A stretch of DNA of 20,000 nucleotides, taken from assembly GCA_050230475.1 (NCBI GenBank), contig JBFLGF010000076.1:53338-73337 (forward strand). Reading direction: 5' to 3'. The position numbers and the translations under genes are program-made. Shown piece by piece: positions 12,426-20,000 of this stretch (position 1 is the stretch's first letter; each line of letters begins with the position of its first letter). The notes below the pieces were generated by a model, which did not search any database, was not told where the DNA came from, and saw nothing but the letters and a program-made list of their open reading frames with translations. The DNA comes from Ancylonema sp. (lineage: Eukaryota).

Positions 12426-12774
12426 TTGTGATAACATTTACGTATTTAAATAGAAACACAAAAATGGTCGCACAACATCAATTCTGTTTTTTATTGACGC
12501 ATATGTACAAAAAAAAGTGACTTGGTTGGATTAAACGTAGCATTTGCCAATTCGTTTCCTTTTCATGAGTGATAGATAATTGTAATTTAGCTTAATTTTC
12601 ATAAGTGAACTTTGAAATTGTATTCTTAATATGTAATCGACCCAACTTTATGTTTATGTATTTGATGTTATCTTTTATCTGTAAACATTGGTCTATGCAA
12701 TTAAGTACATAAACAGCCGCTACATATATAATAACACCAGCATGTCATTTAACATCCGATATGGGCCACGTATC

Positions 12775-12860
12775 GGACAACCAAAATCGTCAATTATCTT
12801 ATTGATAAGCGCCATATCATATGGGTTCATCAATAGTATAATTGACGATTTTGGTTCTCC
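12775..12860. repeat. 86-nt near-perfect inverted repeat (pre-miRNA-like hairpin or mini-foldback)
   Basis: Perfect 19-bp stem aaccaaaatcgtcaattat (12779-12797) / ataattgacgattttggtt (12838-12856). Pairing continues, with few mismatches, to a small loop near 12816-12820 and outward to 12775/12860. Confidence 0.85.
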
Positions 12861-13252
12861 TACACGAGTGCATACATTCCAAGAATGAATCTTAGGTTTG
12901 GAAATATATCGATAACATATCGAGACGGTTTCTTGAACCTTTATTAGATGTTTGGCATGGACACGGCCTCGCACGTGTCTATGATATCGAACGACAACAC
13001 ATTCATTTATCTCAATTTATGTCATTTCGTGTTGCAAACAAAAAATATTCTATTGGAAACGTTTTGGGAACTATTACACTTCTCACTCGCAAAATCCAAC
13101 TAACATGAAAATCGTCCACAATAAAATTTGATACATCACCACAAGAACGTAGCCAAACAAAAAGAAACATATTCTAAAAAAAACGACGAAGGAAATATGA
13201 GTTCTTTACATATATACAACTTATTTTCGAGCGAAATATCCAGAGCGCCCTC

Positions 13253-15759
13253 TCAATCGCTGAGGGCGGACTTGGCTTTTACTACTTTCAGCACAACGTT
13301 CGCTTCTTCATGTAGTAATGGTTGCAAGGCCCCTCGGAACCAATTGCGATTTTGGGCGAAATGCAGGCGAAACTCGTCCGGAATGTAGACCGGAATCAAG
13401 AAACAGAAGACATTGTACGCCCAAAAAAAGAGGTTGGAAACTGGACATGAAAAAAAAACCGGACAAAAAAACATCAAATCGGTTAGCATCTTCCTTCAAT
13501 GAAAACGAAAAAGTTTGTTTTTCTAATGATGACAACAAACGTACCCTACGTTCATTCAAAGATTTCCACATGCGCAAACAAGACACCACAATTTTTTCTC
13601 CATTCATAGCCACTAATCAGGCTTTGCAAATATTTTGTATTTTTGCAAAAAAAAAAAAAAAAAAAAAAAACGAAATCTTTCTCATTTGCGCATGTTTTGA
13701 TTGCTTTATACTTCTGTGTAATAAGTTTTTGTGATAACCTAGCAACTAGCTTGCAATCTCACAACGATTATACATTGCAACTACAACTCATTTAGATCGA
13801 AACCATCACGGCCAGAGAAAAAACATTTTCCTCCGACCAGATAACACCTCCCCCCACCCACCACCTGCGATCATCCAGCCACAGACCATCCATGCATACT
13901 CCATAGGCCCCGATATTGTTCCCTCCACTGCAGCCGTAGCGATGTACGACTGGGAGTGGAGCACCGCTGTATAGAGGGTGAACATTCGACGCACGTTGTA
14001 GAGAGGAGGCACCAGAAGTCTGAACAAAAGAGAGGGGTCTGAATCAGATTGATGTAAGGAATATATGTACACTACATGCTCGTGTACGAAGACGGGTATC
14101 CTGTCGAACACTGAACTGGTGGACCGGTTAACCGGTTTACTTGTTGACCAGTTAACCAATTTAATGGCAAGTTCACAGTTTGACCAGTCAACCTCCTAAG
14201 CTAAGCGGCCAACCAGTGATCGACCGGCTGACCGCCACGCTAGTAACGGGTTGCCCACGCAGCCGGTTAACCGGTCCACGTGTCAAGTTGTGAGTTGGTG
14301 ATGTCGTTGTGGTGGTAATACGATACCAGTATCGTGGGAATGAGTAGAAGCTACATGCGGACCCCTGTGGAATAGTTCATGGAGGTGGCACAATATTCAG
14401 GTGGCAAAATATACAGGTGGCAGAATATACAGGTGGCAGAATATACACGTGGCAGAATATAAAGGTGGCACAACATATAGGTGGCAGAATACACAGGTGG
14501 CAGAGCATGTATACGTGGCAGAATACACATATGCCAGAACATACAGGTGGCAGAGTATATATACGTGGCGTGTGTCTGCTCCGAGGACTATTCTGCCACC
14601 TGTATATTCTGCCACCTGTATATTCTGCATATTCTACCGAGTCTGCCGCCTGCATTTTGAGATCCATTTTGCGTATCTTGACCCCTAAGTTTTTGGGGGG
14701 GAGGGGGTGGGGGGGGGGAGGGACGTGCACAAATTATTTTAAAGAAAGACGGGAATACCTCGCAGGGATGGATCTCTGAATAGAAGAGCTCCTATTTTCC
14801 TCCAATATCTTTTAAGGCAAAAACAAAAATACAAAAAAACAAAAGAAAGGGGGGGGGTCTGTAGGAGAAGTGGAAGATTGTGCGCGTGGCCTTGACAACG
14901 TATTTTATGTCCCCAATATCGAATATCTTTTTCACCTTATACCATATCGGAACAAACGAATGGAAATCTGTGCTCTGCTCATCACCTATGATAATGGAGA
15001 GCAACCCGGACTTTTTATGTGTTCTGGATGTGCCTTCAGTGCCCATGGTTTTTCTTTTCTCGGAAGAAGCAAATTTTATTCACACCTTCATGTAATACAG
15101 ATGGCAATCTACCGGAAGGCGATTCCGATGTTTTACGAAGCTACAAATGTGAATAGCTGATATCAGCATATATGCACTGACGTGGCATGCTGACCTGGCA
15201 GGTCAAGAGGAATAGATGCGGGAGATGTGTTTCCATCGCCCACCGCCTGTGCGTGCCCCCGATGATAAAGGCAGATCCGAGGAAAAGTACAGGGACGAGA
15301 AGGCCTACAGCTGCGGCTGTTTGAAAGTACCTGAAAGCGAAGAGATACAAACATATAGTATTTTAGGTACTTTCGCTCTCGATGATTGAGATACCGTACA
15401 TTCTTCGACGTTGTCTCCGAAAACAGTACACATTTTTCGTTATTATGAAAAATGTGTAATCGTTTGTATAAATCAGAGAGGTGTATTGTGCTCACTGTTG
15501 GAATGACGGGCTCATCGAATAAAGTTTCGCAGGGGCCTTTCCAGATCGATTCTGGTGAAAGTACGACACAATTCTGACATACACAAATGCCATAACTGCG
15601 AACGAAAGGACGTCGTAAGGAGGCGGAACAGCCAACAGAATGAATCTGAAGAAAGCATCCAGTGTAAAAAAGAAAGCCATCCTCCCTTCCTTAGACCTCT
15701 ACTCACGGTAAGAACTTGAACTTCAGGAACCTGTTTATCTCATCCCAGCGACGAGCGCT
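13253..15759 (-). CDS. Multi-pass membrane protein of unknown function, similar to the Arabidopsis At5g52420/At1g27990 family; start codon and one internal micro-exon unresolved
   Basis: Minus-strand exons: about 15759-15707 (SARRWDEINRFLKFKFLP), 15645-15496 (FILLAVPPPYDVLSF..SPSFQQ), 15330-15195 (YFQTAAAVGLLVP..LPHLFLLTCQ), a small phase 0-to-1 exon (candidate 14985-14943), 14038-13865 (DPSLLFRLLVPPLYNVRRMFTL..GWMIA), 13440-13253 (VSNLFFWAYNVFCFLIPVYIP..*). The remembered family motifs GL..P, PH.FLL..Q, R.LVP..YN.RR..TL and NL..W..N.F..LIPVY.P occur in order. The true start lies further upstream (a possible ATG is at 15865). Confidence 0.85.
14119..14279. mobile_element. MITE-like 161-bp element with 17-bp perfect inverted ends, inside an intron of the membrane-protein gene
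   Basis: gtggaccggttaaccgg (14119-14135) / ccggttaaccggtccac (14263-14279). The interior has degenerate gaccrgtyaacc motifs. No clear TSD. Confidence 0.5.
14383..14635. repeat. 16-bp minisatellite (AGGTGGCAGAATATAC), about 11.5 forward units followed by about 2.5 inverted units
   Basis: Forward array 14383-14569, 19-nt spacer, inverted array tattctgccacctgta from 14589. Confidence 0.9.
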
Positions 15760-16474
15760 CTGAGTCAATGTGTGTAGACAGCATGCTGTATTGTTTGAAC
15801 TGCTTTAAGTTAATATACTAGTCAGTTATTATTTCTGGACGTGACAGGCTTCTCCTTGCTGGCATCGTGCCCAGCTGTACAAATTCCCGCCGGGTTTCGG
15901 GAAACACCATCGACCCCCTGTGGGAAAGTCAACATGGCGCCACATGGCGCGTGCTTGGTCGACCCAAATCTAGGGAACTAAATCACCCAGCCTGTATCGA
16001 GATTTTGAAACTGGGTCAATGGGTGTTTTGGAATCAAAATTTTGTTAGGACAATTTTGGTGAAGATTTAGGGTAATTTGGAGTAAGCGTGGTTACCGTCA
16101 CGTAATAATAATGAAGATTGTAAAAGAGTTCCGCAAACCGTGCTGGGCACCCTAAATGATTTTTGTTTATTCAGAATGAATCATTTTCGTAATGATTTTT
16201 AAAAATAATCCCGGGATTCCGTTAATTTACTTAGTCTTTTCAAGACCCAAGTAGTTGGGTCGTGTTGAAACGGATGAATTGTGTACGGTTTTGCCGTACA
16301 TTTTTGGCCGTATGTGTGGCGTTTTTTTTATTGGCTCTTCGTTTTTTTTTGAATGGTGACGTGACGTGACGTCATCAATAATGACGTGTTGGTCTGTGAT
16401 TGGTTCATTTTTCCGTTTTTTTCTGGAAAATTTCGCGTGGTCCTGTTCCCTCTTTAGGTCAACGGCTTGTAAGC

Positions 16475-16990
16475 GGGGGGGCACCACTTACGCCACTGCT
16501 AAAAAAAAGTACGCGTTTGATTACTAACGGCGATTTCAATTGTGATAGGCCCTCTACTCCAACCCTCCATTTCCTGTTGCTTGTCCCTGTTCTCCCTCAT
16601 CCTTGTAAGACGTGCGATTCTGTGCAGCAAGAGGGCTCGTGAATAGAGTGCTCAGCAAACACTAATCCTCTTGCGGCACATAGGTACAATTTCTATGTTG
16701 GAGTAGGTGGGGGGCCACCACTTACTCCGTTTCAATTGAATTTCGGTGTTCAGTTTCAACATGCAATTTATTGTGTGTCTAGTTCGATTAGCGTATGCGA
16801 CTTCGCATGTGTCTGGCCCTCTACTACAACCCTTGATTCCTGTTTCTTTTACTATCCCTCATCCCTGTAGGACTTGCGTTCTCTGCAACAAGAGCTGTAG
16901 TGAATCTGTGTACGCACTCTGTACAGCGAAAGCTGTGATATTACCGCATACCAGCGCACCACAGCTGTTGCGGCACATAGGTTAAAAGTT
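16475..16990. repeat. Diverged tandem duplication (units of about 235-290 bp)
   Basis: Shared ordered blocks: gggggg.caccacttac (16475, 16708), tttcaattg, ggccctctact.caaccct (16548, 16815), tccctcatcc.tgta.gac.tgcg, ttgcggcacataggt. Confidence 0.8.
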
Positions 16991-17223
16991 TTAAATTGAG
17001 GGCGGCCGATTTCAGTTGGCAGATGTCTGATTCAGCCATCCGCCTTACGATGAGGATAGGGTTATTTTCAAGGTATTCAGGAATTCACGTTCCTCGAATT
17101 TTCAGTTATATAAAAGGTATGAGCTTTTGAAGTATTTTGTGAGTGGCAAGACATCTTCGTGAGCTCCTCGTGGTAGTGTGTTGAATTTGTATAGTGGAGA
17201 GTTCAATGCCTGACGACCTGACT

Positions 17224-17740
17224 CCGTGAAAAGCGGATCTTTATCTGATGACAACAAAGGAAGCGGACTTTCCCAGATCACCTGCGGAGAATAGGGAGCA
17301 CGAGATGGATGACACGTGTTTCCACGTGTCATTAGATAGAAGGTCTATAAGCACAATTCTATTACGTGATCGCAATCTTTTGATTCGTCCTAGTTTACGG
17401 ACTACGGATTGAAAATCCTCTGTGTTCTACGAATAGTACACGGCCTGGATAATATCCCGTAGAGCCCTCTGTGGGCCCACATGTAATGGCCTTTGGTTTA
17501 GCGACGCTTGTTTAAAGGACCTCTCTCAAATGGTCATTATGACAAAATGTAGTCCATCAATTCCGGGGCCCATTGAGGGCTGCGTTTCAGGACGATGCGA
17601 CACCTGTTGGCAAAATGGTTTTGTGTATTTCAAAGAGGCACCAACCGTGAATGGCATATCGGTATCTAAGGACAAGAGAGAACGTTGATATTTCCACATC
17701 ACCTGCGGAGAATAGGGAGTATGAGATGGATGACACGTGT
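17224..17740. repeat. 96-bp direct repeat, two copies 421 bp apart (17224-17319, 17645-17740)
   Basis: The core atcacctgcggagaatagggag.a.gagatggatgacacgtgt is nearly identical in both copies. The upstream half is diverged but has the same offset. Confidence 0.85.
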
Positions 17741-17847
17741 ACAATGCATAATTCTATGTAATTTTAATTTCATATGGAAACGCTAATAGAGTCATATGTC
17801 CGATCTACTTAGTCATGGTATTTCTATGCACGCAAGTCCGAATGTAG

Positions 17848-18750
17848 TCATGTCATGTATTCTTCCAATGGTTGAAGCGATTTTTGAAGACAAACATCCA
17901 AAAGGAGTTGACGGATCTTTGGCACGCTCGTCTGCAATGACAAACATATTGAAGTTAAATGCCAATACATACATGTATGCAACATTGCAAAGCAACACAC
18001 TCGCCGAAGAAGTGCGAAGAGACTTTCCACACCACATCTCATATAATGTGCTTAACATGTATACACCACAATCCGATGTGTTCGATTGTTGGGAGGAGCT
18101 CGATTCGCGAAGCAACCAATTTTTCACAGCTCCTGCGGGGACGGTTTTGCAAATGTATTTTGGTAGCCCAAAATGACTCGTCAAAGGATAAATATATTTC
18201 GGAGACAAACGTTCTGCTTGCCCGGATCATAAGACCAACTGCGAAATGAAAGAGAATAAAAAGTAAATGTCGCATGCATTCCTTTTCAACAAAATATAAG
18301 GCACAACTCATCGAAATGAAGTTTTTTAAAAAACAAAAATAAAAATAAAATAGTGATTTCGTGTCGAGCGAATAGTTCGTTACTATGTAGCATGTTTGAC
18401 ATAACTCAAATACCTACAAACCCATTCAACAAACGATGGTAATTACTAGACCAAACTCACGATTTGTTTTGCTGATTCGCAAAGATCTTCATTCCCAACA
18501 CCTTGTAGAGAGTTGTAACGTAATCCTCGTTTTGTGACGAGGTCATATTCCAACAATATCCAATGGTGGTCTTTTAACACTGTCACGAAAATCTAGAGGG
18601 CGTACATTGTGTTAGCATGAATACATGCGCTCTATCATCTTCAACCATAACTTGCTGTTACATCTCACCTTGCGTACATCCACAATAGTCGAAATCTTGT
18701 GTGTTCGTAGCATGGAGTCCAAGCGGCTTTCGGGAGATTGGTTGTCGTGT
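17848..18750 (-). pseudogene. Spliced Ulp1/SENP-like (peptidase C48) catalytic domain, 5'-truncated and probably decayed; likely transposon-borne
   Basis: Minus-strand exons: about 18750-18669 (NQSPESRLDSMLRTHKISTIVDVRK), 18592-18461 (IFVTVLKDHHWILLEYDLVTKRGLRYNSLQGVGNEDLCESAKQI), 18238-18005 (in-frame TGA at 18229-18227, then ..KNWLLRESSSSQQSNTSDCGVYMLSTLYEMW..), 17931-17848 (TSVPKIRQLLLDVCLQKSLQPLEEYMT*). His-to-Asx spacing is 17 residues and Gln-to-Cys is 6, as in Ulp1/SENP1. Splicing between 18460 and about 18130 is ambiguous. Confidence 0.85.
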
Positions 18751-18943
18751 AGTTCGACAACAACCAATCTCCCGAAAGCCGCTTGGACTCCATGCTACGA
18801 ACACACAAGATTTCGACTATTGTGGATGTACGCACGGTGAGATGTAAGAGCAAGTTATGGTTGAAGATGATAGAGCGCATGTATTCATGCTAACACAATG
18901 TACGCTCTCTAGATTTTCGTGACAGTGTTAAAGGACCACCATT
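18562..18943. repeat. 382-bp near-perfect palindrome (arms about 184 bp, 4 mismatches, loop 14 nt or less)
   Basis: Position x pairs with 37505-x from 18562/18943 inward to 18745/18760. It also explains the mirrored ORFs 18625-18840(+) and 18665-18880(-). Confidence 0.97.
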
Positions 18944-20000
18944 TGTTAGGACTCCCTCTATTGTCAGTAGGGTTCCCCTAGAGTGTGCCCTACCCTTAGC
19001 TAGCTCTTAGCTTGTAATCCCGATTGCCTAGTTGTTAAGCCCTAATTTGGTTATTACACTGCATCAACAGTTAGTCCTTTGTTAGGCCCTAACTTACATT
19101 TGTCCTTATATCGAATTAGATTCAGTTTTCCCTTATAGCGAGTTCAGTTCCGACCGTTTCATACTAGTATTTATACCCATCAGGAATGCTCATTCAACAT
19201 CCTGATTAATTCATGTACTCCTTCATATCATACTTGCACTTTCAACCCTTCCAGTGTGTATTTGTGTTTGTGAATGACTGCTTTCCTATAAGCTAGAGCC
19301 GCCGCTAATGCGACTCTAACACTTTGAGCAAGATACCTTGTGAATTTTCAACTTGGTTATTTAGTCCGAATTGCATTTCACCCCGGTTCCCATACCCTTC
19401 AATGACCATTTTGGCTTCAGGTTAAAATTTCTATCCTACATTCACTGGCCATTTTTGGCATCAGGTTCATTAATTTTAATATGGACGCAAATCCCTGGCT
19501 TTTGCAGCCACGGGAGGATCTGATTCAAACACTCATTGTTGTTGAGGAGTTCATAGAAGACTCGCATGGCGATATATATTGTCCCCAGGCTACTCTCAAC
19601 CAATTCCTGACTTGGCAAACAAATACTACGGCTCTGAAATCCCAGTACCAGGCTGCTGCTAACGCAACAGTTTCTACCCCTACTCCTGCTCTCGCGCTTG
19701 TCCGTACTTTCTTACCAGCAGTTTCTACCGTAATCTGGGGAGACATCTACACTCCTCCCCCTCCTATTTCTGGCTATGGCACGGCACCTGCACTGTGTTT
19801 GGAGCTTATAGCCAAGTTGCAGGCTGCCATTGACACACCTACTGTTGATCCGGCTGACGCACCTACTTACCTGCCAGCTCCTAACACCCCAGAAGCTGAT
19901 CCATCTGTTGTTGTTACGACTAATCTTGCAGCTATTCTAGATCCAGTGAGCCTTGTCGCTCCCTCCGCTCCCGCTGTGCTCTCCAACGCAATCCAGACCA
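18944..20000 (+). mobile_element. Putative LTR retrotransposon 5' end (candidate LTR 18944-19321)
   Basis: The segment starts TGTTAG exactly where palindrome symmetry breaks, and the inverted CTAACA ends at 19321 (TG...CA, 378 bp). A long ORF starts 160 bp later. The second LTR and pol are not in the window, and I found no clear tRNA PBS. Confidence 0.6.
19481..20000 (+). CDS. Uninterrupted ORF of at least 173 codons running off the window; possible Gag N-terminus
   Basis: MDANPWLLQPREDLIQTLIVVEEFIEDSHGDIYCPQATLNQFLTWQTNTTALKSQYQAAANATVSTPTPALALVRTFLPAVSTVIWGDIYTPPPPISGYG...AVLSNAIQT. It has no stop codon and is Pro/Ala/Thr-rich. It is missing from the ORF track, presumably because it has no stop. 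The Gag call rests on position only. Confidence 0.6.
   Translation, partial: MDANPWLLQPREDLIQTLIVVEEFIEDSHGDIYCPQATLNQFLTWQTNTTALKSQYQAAANATVSTPTPALALVRTFLPAVSTVIWGDIYTPPPPISGYGTAPALCLELIAKLQAAIDTPTVDPADAPTYLPAPNTPEADPSVVVTTNLAAILDPVSLVAPSAPAVLSNAIQT

Noticed and set aside
14383..14635. Regular repeats resembling a CRISPR array
   Set aside because: The units are contiguous with no unique spacers, the context is a eukaryotic intron, and there are no cas genes.
15867..16155. 9-bp inverted repeat GTGCCCAGC/GCTGGGCAC with CCC-TAA at the right end (Harbinger-like)
   Set aside because: Too short, and the left end lacks the GGG terminus and the TAA target duplication.
17796..18176. 126-aa plus-strand ORF
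   Set aside because: Antisense shadow of the Ulp1 exons.
18625..18880. Two nearly identical 71-aa ORFs on opposite strands
   Set aside because: A by-product of the palindrome; the meaningful frame is the spliced Ulp1 frame.
19456..19468. TGGCATCAGG as a tRNA-Met-like PBS
   Set aside because: Only a partial match to TGGTATCAGAGC, not adjacent to the inverted LTR terminus, and part of a local direct repeat.

Overview
Eukaryotic, plant-lineage DNA, probably from a streptophyte alga (inferred from the gene families and their divergence, not proven). Host genes: (1) the 3' part of an importin-7/8 (SAD2-type) gene on + (14 exons in the window, stop at 6447-6449). Its introns nearly all start with G-tracts and many end in C-tracts, and intron 3 holds an out-of-order copy of the start of exon 5. 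(2) A 2-exon, 78-aa DUF3339-type small membrane protein gene (10436-11014, +). (3) A multi-exon multi-pass membrane protein gene resembling the Arabidopsis At5g52420/At1g27990 family (13253 to at least 15759, -). The right end is a nested structure. A spliced, decayed Ulp1/SENP (C48) protease gene lies on the minus strand. Its 5' part is folded back into a near-perfect 382-bp palindrome (18562-18943). The right arm of the palindrome stops inside the mirrored His-Trp catalytic motif, exactly where a putative LTR (TGTTAG...CTAACA, 18944-19321) begins, and a long ORF then runs off the window. There is also an 86-nt pre-miRNA-like hairpin, a MITE-like element and several minisatellites or duplications. 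All family assignments come from manual translation and remembered motifs; no database search was run.
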